From a bacterium (GTDB taxonomy: Bacteria; UBP14; UBA6098; 4484-93), in assembly GCA_021158465.1 (NCBI GenBank), contig JAGGUN010000052.1, positions 2,160-66,159 of the forward strand: 64,000 nt of DNA. The letters run 5' to 3'. This document shows, one piece after another, positions 42,323-53,041 of the stretch. Under the pieces are notes generated by a model. The model ran no database searches. It was not told the origin of the DNA and saw nothing but the letters and a program-made list of their open reading frames with translations. The stretch's first letter is position 1, and every line of letters starts with the position of its first letter. Position numbers and translations under genes: made by a program.

Positions 42323-42785
42323 GCAGTTCAAACCGATACGGAAAAGGATAGAGGAAGAAGGGAAGAAGCTCGTCTTCACCAACGGATGCTTCGATATACT
42401 GCACACCGGACACATAAGATTGCTCAAATGGGCAAAAACAACCGGTGATAAGCTCCTCGTCGGGCTAAACTCCGACAGCTCAACACGAAGGCTCAAAGGG
42501 GACGGACATCCAATCCTACCACAGGATGAAAGAGCAGAAATCCTCTCATCGCTTGCCTGCGTGGACTATGTTATCATCTTCGACGAGGACACACCACAAA
42601 ATCTCATAAACGAGATTATCCCTGACATACTCGTCAAAGGAGGAGACTACCGACCAGAAGAGGTTGTCGGAAGAGAAACAGTAGAAAATGCAGGCGGAAA
42701 ACTCCTCATATTCCCACTCGTCAAGAACCACTCCACAACAAAGATCATCCAAACGGTCATCGAAAGGTTCTGTGATGGGAAATAG
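42300..42785 (+). CDS. hldC: D-glycero-beta-D-manno-heptose-1-phosphate adenylyltransferase (RfaE domain II)
   Basis: The cytidylyltransferase block is VFTNGCFDILHTGHIRLL, with a later block VKGGDY. It overlaps the hldA 3' end by 23 nt. Confidence 0.85.
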   Translation: MGTILSIEQFKPIRKRIEEEGKKLVFTNGCFDILHTGHIRLLKWAKTTGDKLLVGLNSDSSTRRLKGDGHPILPQDERAEILSSLACVDYVIIFDEDTPQNLINEIIPDILVKGGDYRPEEVVGRETVENAGGKLLIFPLVKNHSTTKIIQTVIERFCDGK

Positions 42786-43710
42786 CTCTTTCATCTCATC
42801 CCTCTCACCAGATGATTCAGTATCAGGTAAGTTTGCATTGAGAAGCTGCGAACTGAGAGAATACTCACGGGGACAGTATATCCAGATGGATATCGCCGAT
42901 AGAAGCGGACACATCACAGCCACCTATTGGCTCGAGGATGCAAGGGAGGTGTATAATAGCATAAAGGATAGCGAGATAGTCCAGCTATCGGGTAGAATCA
43001 GCACCTACAAAGGGAAACTTACCGTCACTGTGGACTATATATCACCTGTCAAGGAGGGTGAATACGACCCAGAGGAGATAATCCCGTCGACAAAATTCAA
43101 TCGGGAGAAACTCTGGCAAAGGGTCATCGAGATAAGCTCATCGGTGGAGGATACCCACCTGAAAACACTCCTTTTGAACATCTTTAGCGAGAAAAACAAG
43201 CAACAGATACTCACCGCGCCCGCTGGGAAGAGGTGGCATCATGCGTTCATAGGTGGACTTGTGGAACATTCCATCGCAGTTGCAAGTATATGCAATTACA
43301 TAGCGGAACTGTACTCACTCGACAGAGACCTGCTCGTCACAGGGGCACTGCTCCATGATATCGGTAAGCTCGAGGAACTCAAGGTTACAAGCTTCATCGA
43401 CTACTCCACCAAAGGAAGGCTCTTGGGGCACATCGTTCTGGGTATAAACCTTGTCTCTCGGGAGATAGAAAAGATAGGAGGGTTTCCTGAGGAGACAAAG
43501 TTTAAGCTCCTTCATCTCCTCGCGAGCCATCAAGGGAAACAGGAACAAGGCTCAGCCGTCCCACCTATGACAAAGGAGGCGTTTGTCCTCTATCTCGTCG
43601 ATGAGATAGACTCGAAACTGAACGCCCTTTCACATATCGAGGAAAAGAATAAAGGGAAAGACTGGTCGGAATATATCAAACTCTTAAACCGCTTCATATA
43701 CCTGAAATGA
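42775..43710 (+). CDS. yhaM: OB-fold + HD-domain 3'-5' exoribonuclease (YhaM-like)
   Basis: ATG 42775 overlaps the hldC stop. The OB-like N-terminus reads YIQMDIADRSGHITATYW. The HD part reads HHAFIGGLVEHS, LLHDIGK and LASHQG. Confidence 0.7.
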   Translation: MGNSSFISSLSPDDSVSGKFALRSCELREYSRGQYIQMDIADRSGHITATYWLEDAREVYNSIKDSEIVQLSGRISTYKGKLTVTVDYISPVKEGEYDPEEIIPSTKFNREKLWQRVIEISSSVEDTHLKTLLLNIFSEKNKQQILTAPAGKRWHHAFIGGLVEHSIAVASICNYIAELYSLDRDLLVTGALLHDIGKLEELKVTSFIDYSTKGRLLGHIVLGINLVSREIEKIGGFPEETKFKLLHLLASHQGKQEQGSAVPPMTKEAFVLYLVDEIDSKLNALSHIEEKNKGKDWSEYIKLLNRFIYLK

Positions 43711-44537
43711 TGGACTTAAAGGAATTTTTGGAAGAAGAGAAGAAGAAGGTTGAGCTGGCTTTAGACAAGGTTCTGCCTAAGCCTCACGGGAAGGTACGCC
43801 GCTTGGTTGAGGCGATGCGATATGCCGTCTTTGCTGGTGGGAAAAGGATAAGACCTATCCTCGTTGTTGTGGCTCACCGGTGGTGCGGAGGGAACGACCC
43901 GAACATATACAGATATGCTACCCCTGTGGAGGTAATTCACAACTATTCCCTCATCCACGATGACCTTCCCTGTATGGACAACGATGATCTGCGTCGTGGG
44001 AAACCGACCTGTCACAAGGTCTTTGGAGATGCAATGGCAACACTTGCAGGGGATGCCCTGCACGCTATCGCGTTCGAGATACTCGCCGAGACCGGTAATA
44101 TTGAGGCGGTAAGGCTTGTAGCAAGAAATATCGGAGCCAACGGGCTATGCGGTGGACAGGCTGTTGACATCGAGACAGAAGGGAAAAAGGCTGAACTCGA
44201 CACAGTCAACTTCATACACAGAAACAAGACTGCAGCACTGCTTAAGACATCGCTCCTTCTCGGAGCTCTCCTCGCTGACGCAACAACCGAGGAAAAAAAT
44301 TCCCTCGAGGAGTACGGTGAAAACATCGGACTATGCTTTCAGGTGACAGACGATATCGAGGATGCGATGCAGAAGTCCGACGAGAACAAGGCAACATATC
44401 CCGCCCTCTTTGGTCTGGAACGCTCAAAGAAGATTGCAGAAGAGCTTTACAGAAAGGCGGTTGCTTCGCTCCTCCCAGACCACGACAACGAACTGTTGGA
44501 AAAGATTGCCAAATTTATCTACACAAGGAAATTATAA
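43707..44537 (+). CDS. ispA: Short-chain polyprenyl (farnesyl/geranylgeranyl) diphosphate synthase
   Basis: The FARM motif is LIHDDLPCMDNDDLRRGKP and the SARM motif is FQVTDDIED. Confidence 0.85.
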   Translation: MMDLKEFLEEEKKKVELALDKVLPKPHGKVRRLVEAMRYAVFAGGKRIRPILVVVAHRWCGGNDPNIYRYATPVEVIHNYSLIHDDLPCMDNDDLRRGKPTCHKVFGDAMATLAGDALHAIAFEILAETGNIEAVRLVARNIGANGLCGGQAVDIETEGKKAELDTVNFIHRNKTAALLKTSLLLGALLADATTEEKNSLEEYGENIGLCFQVTDDIEDAMQKSDENKATYPALFGLERSKKIAEELYRKAVASLLPDHDNELLEKIAKFIYTRKL

Positions 44538-44541
44538 CCGT

Positions 44542-45045
44542 ATGAAGAGAGCTTTTCTCATACTCGGGTTCATCCTTCTTCTATCCCACCCTCTCCTCTC
44601 CGAGGAGGTAAACTGGCTCCCATTTCCCGAGGCACTGGATAGCGTCAACGGGAGCAACAAACATATGCTTGTTCTATTCTATTCCCCCGGATGTGGATGG
44701 TGTAAGAAATTATTTGCAACTACGCTCGCCGACAGCGAGATAACATTTTATATCAACGATAGGTTCTTCGCCTCAAAGATAAACATCGCATCGGATGAGC
44801 CCGTCCTGTGGGAAGAAGACACGGTCTCCGAACGGGCAATTGCAACGGCATTCGGAATATCAGGTGTGCCAGCATTTGTCTTCATCGACAGCGAGAGCAA
44901 ATATGTGACGAAACTATCAGGGTATAAAGACAAACTTGCTTTCAAGCTGATACTTGATTATATTTCTAAAAGCTGGTATGAGGATCTAACATTGGACGAG
45001 TATATCGAATCGGAGATGAGGCTTAAGAAACAGGAAGCGAAATGA
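44542..45045 (+). CDS. Secreted thioredoxin-fold protein (CGWC active site)
   Basis: ATG 44542 gives the signal peptide MKRAFLILGFILLLSHPLLS. The active-site block is LVLFYSPGCGWCKKL and a later block is GVPAFVF. Confidence 0.7.
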   Translation: MKRAFLILGFILLLSHPLLSEEVNWLPFPEALDSVNGSNKHMLVLFYSPGCGWCKKLFATTLADSEITFYINDRFFASKINIASDEPVLWEEDTVSERAIATAFGISGVPAFVFIDSESKYVTKLSGYKDKLAFKLILDYISKSWYEDLTLDEYIESEMRLKKQEAK

Positions 45046-46508
45046 GTTTACTCAAACCGACCGAACAGGAACGAGTTCGGATTGAGAAGCTAAAGCAACT
45101 GAAGTTGAAAGGGATAAACCCTTATCCTGCAAGGGTCCCTTATGAGATAAGTATCAAAGAGATACTGAGTGAGTTTAGGCAGTTCACCGAGACAGAGCTC
45201 TCAACAGCAGGCAGGATACTTTCCATCCGCTCACACGGCAAGAGCACCTTCATGGACATAGACGACGGCACGGGAAAGATCCAGATATACCTCCGCGTGG
45301 ACGACCTCGGCGAGGATAGATATGGGCTTATTGAGCTTTTGGATATCGGAGATTTTATATCCGTAAGAGGTATACCGTTTCTGACAAGAACAGGCGAGAG
45401 GACCATACGGGTGCACAGCTACATCTTAGCTGGAAAGTCACTACATCCGCTGCCTGAGAAATGGCATGGAATAAAGGACATCGAGACAAAAGCCCGCCAG
45501 AGATACCTCGACACTCTCGCGAACCCCGAATCAAAGCTCCTCTTTCAGACGCGCTCGAAGATAATACAGGCAATAAGAAAGTTCCTTGATTCCAGAGGGT
45601 TCTTGGAGGTGGAAACCCCCATCCTTCAACCGCTCTATGGAGGTGCATTCGCAAGACCTTTCATAACATACCACAACACACTCGAGATGAACCTATACCT
45701 CAGAATCGCAACAGAACTCTATCTGAAAAGGCTATTAGTCGGTGGTTTCCCGAAGGTTTACGAGATTGGGAAGAACTTCCGCAATGAGGGGATTGACCAT
45801 AACCATAACCCCGAATTCACCGCACTCGAGGTGTACCAAGCTTTCTCTGACTTCGAAGGAATGATGAGGCTGACGGAGGAGCTCATCCGATTCGTCGCAA
45901 AGGAATCAATAGGAAAGGAAAGTATTTCGTATAATGAAGAAAATATCGATTTAGAACAACCCTTCAGAAGGCGGAAACTCACCGAGCTTATAAAGGAGAA
46001 AACAGGGATAAATGTTCCGGAGACAAAGAAGGAAGAAATTGCTGCATACTGTCAGAAGGAGAGGATCGAGTTCAACGAGAATGCATCCTATTGGAAGCTT
46101 GTCGATGAGATATTCAAGCACAAAGTCGAGCCAGAACTCATTCAGCCGACGTTCGTTGTCGAATACCCCGTGGAAACATCACCGCTTGCGAAAAGGACAG
46201 AAGAGAATCCGAACTTTGTCGAGAGGTTTGAACTATTCATCGCCGGTAGGGAGCTTGCGAACGCCTTCTCCGAGCTGAACAATCCGATAGAACAGGCTGA
46301 ACGCTTCCTTGAGCAGCAGAAAGCTCGCGAATCGGGAGATGTTGCAACGGAGAGCTTCGATGAGGATTTCTTGCTCGCCTTAGAATACGGTATGCCACCG
46401 GCAGGAGGCATGGGGCTCGGTATCGACAGGCTCATTACGGTATTGACAGGCGCAAACTCAATAAGGGAGGTAATCCTCTTCCCGCTCCTGAGGAGAAAAC
46501 AAAGATGA
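45042..46508 (+). CDS. lysS: Lysine--tRNA ligase (class II)
   Basis: The OB region contains GRILSIRSHGKSTFMDI. The class II motifs are FLEVETPIL, FRNEGID..HNPEFT and GGMGLGIDRL. Confidence 0.95.
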   Translation: MSLLKPTEQERVRIEKLKQLKLKGINPYPARVPYEISIKEILSEFRQFTETELSTAGRILSIRSHGKSTFMDIDDGTGKIQIYLRVDDLGEDRYGLIELLDIGDFISVRGIPFLTRTGERTIRVHSYILAGKSLHPLPEKWHGIKDIETKARQRYLDTLANPESKLLFQTRSKIIQAIRKFLDSRGFLEVETPILQPLYGGAFARPFITYHNTLEMNLYLRIATELYLKRLLVGGFPKVYEIGKNFRNEGIDHNHNPEFTALEVYQAFSDFEGMMRLTEELIRFVAKESIGKESISYNEENIDLEQPFRRRKLTELIKEKTGINVPETKKEEIAAYCQKERIEFNENASYWKLVDEIFKHKVEPELIQPTFVVEYPVETSPLAKRTEENPNFVERFELFIAGRELANAFSELNNPIEQAERFLEQQKARESGDVATESFDEDFLLALEYGMPPAGGMGLGIDRLITVLTGANSIREVILFPLLRRKQR

Positions 46509-47011
46509 AACTCTCACAGGTACTGAAAGAGGAGACAGTCAATCTGAATATAACCCAAGGGAAACTGCCGGACAAACCCGTTGAAGAATATACACACGCA
46601 GACCGCTGGAAGATGAAAGAAAATGTAATCCGCCAGATTGTTGAACTTATCGACCGCTCGGGACTTGTTGGAAACAAAAAGAAACTCCTGCTCGACTTTA
46701 TCAACAGGGAAAAACGGTGTACCACTGCCATCGGAAGCGGGATAGCAATACCACATGTAAGAACGATGCAGGTAAGAGGGTTCGTCTTTGCAATCGGAAT
46801 ATCAAAGGAGGGGGTATATTTTGCCTCCATAGATGGAGCACCAACACATATATTCTTCATCCTTGCCTCCCCTCCGTACGACGATTCCGACTACCTCCAG
46901 ATATACCGGCGGATATCCGAACTTGTCCAGAATCGGAACATCTCCTTAGAGCTGACAACCACCGAGAGCCCAGGAGAACTAATAAGGGTTGTTAAGAGTT
47001 TCCTCGAATAG
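46505..47011 (+). CDS. PTS EIIA type-2 (PtsN-like) domain protein
   Basis: The protein reads TAIGSGIAIPHVR (phospho-His block) and THIFFILASP. Confidence 0.7.
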   Translation: MKLSQVLKEETVNLNITQGKLPDKPVEEYTHADRWKMKENVIRQIVELIDRSGLVGNKKKLLLDFINREKRCTTAIGSGIAIPHVRTMQVRGFVFAIGISKEGVYFASIDGAPTHIFFILASPPYDDSDYLQIYRRISELVQNRNISLELTTTESPGELIRVVKSFLE

Positions 47012-49363
47012 ATGGGGTTCGAGCACGCAATAAAGGTCCTTGAGTTCCCAAGGCTACTTGAGATAATCGCCGAGACAGCAAGAACCGAAGCAGCAAGGGA
47101 AAAACTGCTCTCAATTTCACCACTCAACAACATCGAGGATGCAAGAAGAAGGGAGAGGATTATCTCCGAGTGCAGGTCGCTTCTCGTGCGTTTCAACGAG
47201 CCGAACCTCTCACTCCTGCAGGATGTCCGAGCCGAGATCTCACACATAGGGAAGACTGACTCAATCCTTGAGCCTGAAAGGCTCAGAAAACTCGCTGATG
47301 TCGTGAAACTGTCTGAGGATATCATCATCAAGAGGAGAGAATGGAACGAGTTCCCAGCTATAAAAGAGCTGCTCTCACCGCTTGCATCCACAGGAAACCT
47401 GCATGAAACCATATACCACTATATCACAGAAGAAGGAAAGATAGACGAGAGGCAGTCAAATATCCTGCGAGAAGTCAGAAGAGAGAAGAAGTCCCTATAC
47501 AAGCAGATAGACGACAGACTAAAAGAATATATACATAAGCCTGGTTATCTGAAGATACTTCAGGAGAACCTTGTCACCATAAAGGATGGCAGGTTTGTTC
47601 TTCCTGTCAGGCAGGATAAGAAGCAGGAAATAAAAGGGATAATCCATGGGCATTCCTCAACAGGGATGACCGTATTCATCGAGCCGATGGATATAGTGGA
47701 TTTGAACAATAAACTACGCGAGCTGGACATCGCAGAGGAGGAGGAGATAAGACGAATACTGCTTATGCTTTGCAACAAGGTCAGGGAAAAGCTCGATATT
47801 GTATCGACGAATACACTGATCCTTTATGAGCTTGATTTCTTCTCCTGTTGCGCATTCTTCTCTGCACGGTTCAACTGCACCGAACCAGAGATTGTGGAGA
47901 ACGGAACACTTCTTCTCAAATCGGCTCGCCATCCACTACTCACGCTGGAGAAGGAGAAAGTCATCCCGCTGAACCTCTCTATGCCGGAATCGGTCAGAAC
48001 CCTCATCATTACAGGTCCCAATACCGGCGGGAAAACTGTCGCATTGAAAACAATCGGACTCCTATCCCTTATGGCTATCTGCGGACTCCCTATCCCCGCC
48101 TCCCAGGGAAGTAGAATCCCGTTCTTTCACGATATTGTCGTCGACATAGGAGACGAGCAATCACTCGAGTCAAACCTGTCAACATTCGCAAGCCACCTAA
48201 GACACTGGAAAGAGGCTATCGAGCTCTCAACCACCGGAACGCTTGTCCTGCTGGATGAGCTCGGCTCATCAACCGACCCAGAAGAAGGTGTCCCCCTGGC
48301 AAGGGCAATAGCAGAAGTCCTGACAGAGAAAGGTAGTCTGAACTTTGTTACCACACATCTTGGTGAGCTAAAACTGCTCGCATCACAGAACACCGCAATA
48401 GAAAACGCCGGAATGGAGTTCGACGAGGAAGCCTTCCTGCCAACATACCATATGAAAATGGGAACACCAGGAAGCTCCTGGGCAATCAAGATAGCAGAAA
48501 AAAGCCAGTTCCCCGAAGAGGTAATAAAAAGGGCAAAAAACTTCCTACCAAAAGAGAAGCAGTCTTACGATGAGCTCATCGCCAAGGTGAAAAAGCTGAA
48601 ATCCCAGCTGGAAAAGCAGGGGAAAAAACTGCAAAACAGTATCGCGGAAGCCGAAGATAGGCGCACAATCCTCGCAAACCTGGAGGAAATACTATCAAGA
48701 AAAGAGAAGGAACTCTCCAAGCAACTGGATGAATTCGAGGAGGAAAAGGACAAGAAGCTCGAGCAGCTCCTAAGCGAGGAGAAAAGAAGAATCGAGCAAA
48801 TGCTCCGAAAAACAAGAGGAGAACCAGAAAGGATAAAAACCCTCCTGAAGACAATAGGAGAGAGGCAGAAGTCTGTCCGAAAAAGGATTCAGAAAAGGAG
48901 AAACAGAAGAAGTGTTACCGTAAAACGGGGAGATGCAGTGAGGATAAAACAGCTTCTATCAACGGGCGAGGTGATAGCCGGACCCGACAAGAACAACTTT
49001 TATACCGTACTTATCAAGGGTAAGAAAGTCAAGATAAAGACCGGAGATATTGTCGATAAACTAAAAATCAAGCAAAGAATAGAAAAGGAGATTTTATACG
49101 AGATCCCCGATGTGCCCGACAGGGTCGATGTCAGAGGGATGACGTTCGAGGAGACAAGGAAACTACTCGATAAGCTGCTCGACAAGGCGGTTATTGCCGG
49201 TGTCTCCCCCATACGAATATACCACGGTGTAGGCAGGATGCGACTCGATATAAAGGTTCGAGAATACCTCAGGCAGAACCCGTATGTCCTTCGCTTCGAG
49301 ACACCATCAGAGGAAGGAGAAACAGGGATAACTATCGTCTGGGTAAAAGGCAAAAAAATTTAA
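47012..49363 (+). CDS. mutS2: Endonuclease MutS2 (MutS domain V ATPase + Smr)
   Basis: The Walker A motif is ITGPNTGGKT and a later block is LLDELGSSTDPEEG. The C-terminal Smr part reads VDVRGMTFEE...IYHGVG. Confidence 0.9.
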   Translation: MGFEHAIKVLEFPRLLEIIAETARTEAAREKLLSISPLNNIEDARRRERIISECRSLLVRFNEPNLSLLQDVRAEISHIGKTDSILEPERLRKLADVVKLSEDIIIKRREWNEFPAIKELLSPLASTGNLHETIYHYITEEGKIDERQSNILREVRREKKSLYKQIDDRLKEYIHKPGYLKILQENLVTIKDGRFVLPVRQDKKQEIKGIIHGHSSTGMTVFIEPMDIVDLNNKLRELDIAEEEEIRRILLMLCNKVREKLDIVSTNTLILYELDFFSCCAFFSARFNCTEPEIVENGTLLLKSARHPLLTLEKEKVIPLNLSMPESVRTLIITGPNTGGKTVALKTIGLLSLMAICGLPIPASQGSRIPFFHDIVVDIGDEQSLESNLSTFASHLRHWKEAIELSTTGTLVLLDELGSSTDPEEGVPLARAIAEVLTEKGSLNFVTTHLGELKLLASQNTAIENAGMEFDEEAFLPTYHMKMGTPGSSWAIKIAEKSQFPEEVIKRAKNFLPKEKQSYDELIAKVKKLKSQLEKQGKKLQNSIAEAEDRRTILANLEEILSRKEKELSKQLDEFEEEKDKKLEQLLSEEKRRIEQMLRKTRGEPERIKTLLKTIGERQKSVRKRIQKRRNRRSVTVKRGDAVRIKQLLSTGEVIAGPDKNNFYTVLIKGKKVKIKTGDIVDKLKIKQRIEKEILYEIPDVPDRVDVRGMTFEETRKLLDKLLDKAVIAGVSPIRIYHGVGRMRLDIKVREYLRQNPYVLRFETPSEEGETGITIVWVKGKKI

Positions 49364-49372
49364 TTTTTTTTC

Positions 49373-49400
49373 TTGCACACATATTAAATAATATTAAATT
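49373..49400 (+). promoter_or_regulatory. Candidate promoter for fdx-dnaG-rpoD (TTGCAC-16-TAAATT)
   Basis: It lies in an AT-rich 84-nt spacer after mutS2. AAGGAGGGAG precedes ATG 49448. Confidence 0.3.
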
Positions 49401-49447
49401 CTGGAAATCAAAAAGGCGGCAACCAAACAACCAAGGAGGGAGCAAGA

Positions 49448-49636
49448 ATGACTGTTAAGGTTGACAGAGAGGTATGTATTGCTTGCGGTGTTTGCCAGGA
49501 GTTGTGCCCCGAGGTGTTTGGGGCGGATGAGGAGGGAAAAGCCTTTGTCCTCGAGGGGGCAGACTGTGATGCCGCAGGTTGCTGTGAAGAGGCAGCAGAA
49601 TCCTGTGCGGTGGAGGCTATCACCATAGAGGAGTGA
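49448..49636 (+). CDS. Small single-cluster [4Fe-4S] ferredoxin
   Basis: This 62-aa protein has CIACGVCQELCP plus a distal Cys (ESCAVEAI). It resembles the Thermotoga/Pyrococcus-type short ferredoxins. Confidence 0.75.
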   Translation: MTVKVDREVCIACGVCQELCPEVFGADEEGKAFVLEGADCDAAGCCEEAAESCAVEAITIEE

Positions 49637-49637
49637 G

Positions 49638-51368
49638 ATGCCCGATGAACTCGCAGAGGAGATAAGGGAAAGAATAAGAATAGAGGAGGTAGTCCAGGAA
49701 TATACTACCCTGAAGAGAAGCGGAACAAAGCTTAAAGGTCTATGTCCACTCCATCAGGAAAAAACCCCCTCGTTCTATGTCGACCCGGATAAGCAATTGT
49801 TCTACTGCTTTGGATGCGGCAAGGGTGGAGACCTGTTTACATTCCTGATGGAGGTCGAGGGGCTAACCTTTCCAGAAGCTGTGGAAAGGTTGGCAAAAAG
49901 AGCAGGAATCTCAATAGAGAAGAGAAGCTCCCGCTCTCGTTCTATAAGGTCGAAGCTCATATCTGCTTGTGAGTTCGCAAACGCATATTTCAGAAACATA
50001 ATCGCATCACCAGAAGGAAAGAGAGCAAGGGAGTATCTCGAAAGAAGAGGAATACTTCCAGAGACCGCAGAGAAGTTCCAGCTGGGGTACTCCAACGGAC
50101 GGCTACTGCAATACGCTAAGAACCGCTCATTCCCGATAGAACACCTCGTATCAGCAGGGGTACTGATAAAAAAGGAAAAAACCTATGAGAGGTTCATAAG
50201 AAGGGTTATCTTCCCTATCAAGGATGTAGCTGGAAGGACCGTCGGATTCGCCGGAAGAACCCTGGATACAAGCAAGGATATAGCAAAATATATAAATTCA
50301 CCGGAAACCCCGGTATACCACAAAAGCGATATCCTCTATGGTCTCCATCTCTCCAAGAAGGAGATAGCCAGAAAAGACCTCGCAATCCTCGTCGAGGGAT
50401 ATTTTGACATCATTACCCTCTTCCAAGCAGGAATACAGAATGTAGTAGCGGCATCGGGAACAGCGTTCACAGAGAGGCAATCCCAGATACTCTCCCGCTT
50501 TACCAAGAATGTTCTCTTGCTCTTCGATGGCGATGAGGCAGGGAGAAAAGCTGCCCTCCGGATTATCCCATCACTCCTCTCTCAGGGGTTCAATCTAAAG
50601 GTGCTACTCCTGCCAGGAGGAAAAGACCCAGATGAGTTCGTAAGAAAAAACGGGGTCGACACCCTATCCAGGATGATTGAGGAAGCCCCCGATTTCTTCA
50701 ATTTCCTTGTGGACGAAGCAAAAAGCAGAGGCTATGACACCTCAACACCAGCAGGGAAAAGATTCCTCATAAGCTTCCTGAAAGAGTATCTTTCACCGAT
50801 AAAGAGTAAAGCAACCTTATTCATATATCTCCAGGAGCTATCACAGGTAACAGGCGTCCCTGTGGACATTGTGCGACAGGAGTTCACAGGCAGTATCCAG
50901 AAAGAAGCTACCGCCCCACCTGCGAAGAAAAAAATCCAGGGGGAACTTGACAAACAGGGTATATTAGAGATCACTTTTTTCCTTATCCTATCCTGCTTGC
51001 CTGAGGTAGCAAGAGAGGAGAAGAAAAGGATCAAGTTGGAATATTTCTACCAGTATCCAGGAATTGCAAAAAGGGTTCTCGAAAGGCTTAATGAGGGGAG
51101 ACCGATACCGAAAGAGAAACTGCCAGAGCTGTTCACTGACCTGGCAAGCAAGGCATACATTGTCAGGGAAATCTTCGCTGATGTTAAGTTTGAGAAGGCT
51201 TCATTCAACGAAACCCTAAAAATGCTGAAGCTGAATCATATAACCCGAAGGCTCAAAGCTATGGAAAGCCAGATAGAGGAGGCAGAGATAGCAGGCGACA
51301 CCGCTAAACTTGAGGAACTTACAAGAGCTTACTCTCAGCTTTCCTCCGAGAAAGGAAAACTACTATGA
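49638..51368 (+). CDS. dnaG: DNA primase
   Basis: The CHC2 zinc finger is [13 protein letters not shown]....[11 protein letters not shown]. The TOPRIM blocks are ILVEGYFD and LLFDGDEAG. Confidence 0.9.
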   Translation: MPDELAEEIRERIRIEEVVQEYTTLKRSGTKLKGLCPLHQEKTPSFYVDPDKQLFYCFGCGKGGDLFTFLMEVEGLTFPEAVERLAKRAGISIEKRSSRSRSIRSKLISACEFANAYFRNIIASPEGKRAREYLERRGILPETAEKFQLGYSNGRLLQYAKNRSFPIEHLVSAGVLIKKEKTYERFIRRVIFPIKDVAGRTVGFAGRTLDTSKDIAKYINSPETPVYHKSDILYGLHLSKKEIARKDLAILVEGYFDIITLFQAGIQNVVAASGTAFTERQSQILSRFTKNVLLLFDGDEAGRKAALRIIPSLLSQGFNLKVLLLPGGKDPDEFVRKNGVDTLSRMIEEAPDFFNFLVDEAKSRGYDTSTPAGKRFLISFLKEYLSPIKSKATLFIYLQELSQVTGVPVDIVRQEFTGSIQKEATAPPAKKKIQGELDKQGILEITFFLILSCLPEVAREEKKRIKLEYFYQYPGIAKRVLERLNEGRPIPKEKLPELFTDLASKAYIVREIFADVKFEKASFNETLKMLKLNHITRRLKAMESQIEEAEIAGDTAKLEELTRAYSQLSSEKGKLL

Positions 51369-53041
51369 AAGATGCAAAACCACAGAAGCTCGAAGCGTTT
51401 GAGCGTATCCTCTCCCAGATTGAGGGGAAAAGGGAGATTACATACTCAGAGCTGATCGAGCTGGTGAAGCAGGAGCCAGGGGACATCGATATACACGAGA
51501 TAGTCGACTATATCACCGCAAACGGGATCACAATAATCGGACTACCTCATCGCAAGATCCCAACAACCGTAAAGTATAGCGACCCGCTCTGGCTGTACAT
51601 CAAGGAGGCAGGAAAGGCACAGATACTCTCCAAGGAAGAAGAGATCAAGAAAGCCAAGCAGATGGTTCAGGCTCTCAGAAACATGGCAGAACTGCTACCG
51701 CTGAATATAGTCAATCTGGAACATTTTTGGCGCATAGCGGAGGAGTTCATCCAGGGGAAGATATCGCTCGAGGACTTCTCCAGAATACAGATAGGACAAC
51801 CAAGTAGAGGGAAAAGCGAAGAGATAAGGGAAGATTTAATCTTCCTCCTCGATAGAGTGTGGATAAATACAAACGAGATACTCCAGCTCAAGAAAAAAAG
51901 CGTCCACAAGGGGCTTACCGACCGAGAGAAGAAAAAATATCGAATGCTTCTGGAAACAATAAATGAGGATATAAAGAAGATATCTCCAACATATAAAGTG
52001 CTCTCTGGTTTTGAGCCGATCTTCAAGAAACAAAAGGAGTTCTACAAAAGGTACACCAGAGCTAAGCAACGTCTGGCAAGACAGCTCGATCTCGCCCCGG
52101 AAAAGCTATTTGATGTCTACTACTCCTGGAAACAAGGCAAGCTCTCCGAGGACGAGCTACTCTCCAGGTACAACATCTCCTCAATACTGTTGAAACATAT
52201 GGGGAAAAACATCGAGCGCGTAAGAAGGGCACTAATGCGATTCGAGATAACCTGCCTGACAGACAAAGAGAAGATGTTCAAGCGGTACGCAGAGTTTGAC
52301 AAGTATAGGAAAAGTTACCTCGAGGCAAGGGAATCGCTCATAGAGACGAACATACGGCTCGTGATAAATATCGCCAAGCCATACGCCAGCCAGGGCGTGG
52401 AGCTTCTCGACCTAATCCAGGAAGGGAATAGCGCCCTTATAAAAGCGGTCGAGCGGTTCGACTACACACTTGGGTTCAAGCTCTCCACATACGCTATATG
52501 GTGGATACGACAGGCTATGATACGGCTTGTTAACTCCTTCGGACAGATAGTAAGGGTCCCAGCTCACATAGCCCAACTGGTAAGGAAGTATATGGCAATC
52601 AAACAGAGGCTTACCCAGGAGTTCGGCAGGACCCCAAGCATCGACGAGATCGCCGAGGAAATGGGTATCTCCACAAAAAAAGCGCTCAAACTTCAAGGGA
52701 TAATCTCCAGGCAGGTATCTATCAATAAAACCACAGAAGAAGGAGCCTCTCTCGGGAATATCCTACCCGATAAGAGTATCGCATCCCCTGCTTACTCCGC
52801 AGATATGAAGATAATGAAGGAGGAACTCAAAAAGATACTACATACACTCTCCAGGAAGGAAGAGATGGTCCTGACCCTGCGTTTCGGACTGAACGACAAC
52901 TACCCAAGAACCTTAGAAGAGGTAGCAAAGATATTCGGGCTGTGCAGGGAAAGGATCAGACAGATAGAGGTGAAAGCACTCTCTAAACTCCGACAGCGCT
53001 CCAGAAGCGATATACTCCTACGCTACTGGAACGAAGAATGA
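51365..53041 (+). CDS. rpoD: RNA polymerase sigma factor RpoD (sigma-70)
   Basis: Region 2 reads [54 protein letters not shown]. Region 4 reads [20 protein letters not shown]. Confidence 0.95.
   Translation: MKDAKPQKLEAFERILSQIEGKREITYSELIELVKQEPGDIDIHEIVDYITANGITIIGLPHRKIPTTVKYSDPLWLYIKEAGKAQILSKEEEIKKAKQMVQALRNMAELLPLNIVNLEHFWRIAEEFIQGKISLEDFSRIQIGQPSRGKSEEIREDLIFLLDRVWINTNEILQLKKKSVHKGLTDREKKKYRMLLETINEDIKKISPTYKVLSGFEPIFKKQKEFYKRYTRAKQRLARQLDLAPEKLFDVYYSWKQGKLSEDELLSRYNISSILLKHMGKNIERVRRALMRFEITCLTDKEKMFKRYAEFDKYRKSYLEARESLIETNIRLVINIAKPYASQGVELLDLIQEGNSALIKAVERFDYTLGFKLSTYAIWWIRQAMIRLVNSFGQIVRVPAHIAQLVRKYMAIKQRLTQEFGRTPSIDEIAEEMGISTKKALKLQGIISRQVSINKTTEEGASLGNILPDKSIASPAYSADMKIMKEELKKILHTLSRKEEMVLTLRFGLNDNYPRTLEEVAKIFGLCRERIRQIEVKALSKLRQRSRSDILLRYWNEE

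Noticed and set aside
42688-42774. The upstream extensions of track ORFs 42688 (yhaM-like), 44362 (thioredoxin-like) and 29155 (eno)
   Set aside because: Each overlaps the preceding gene in another frame. Internal ATGs with SD sites or stop/start coupling give canonical N-termini.
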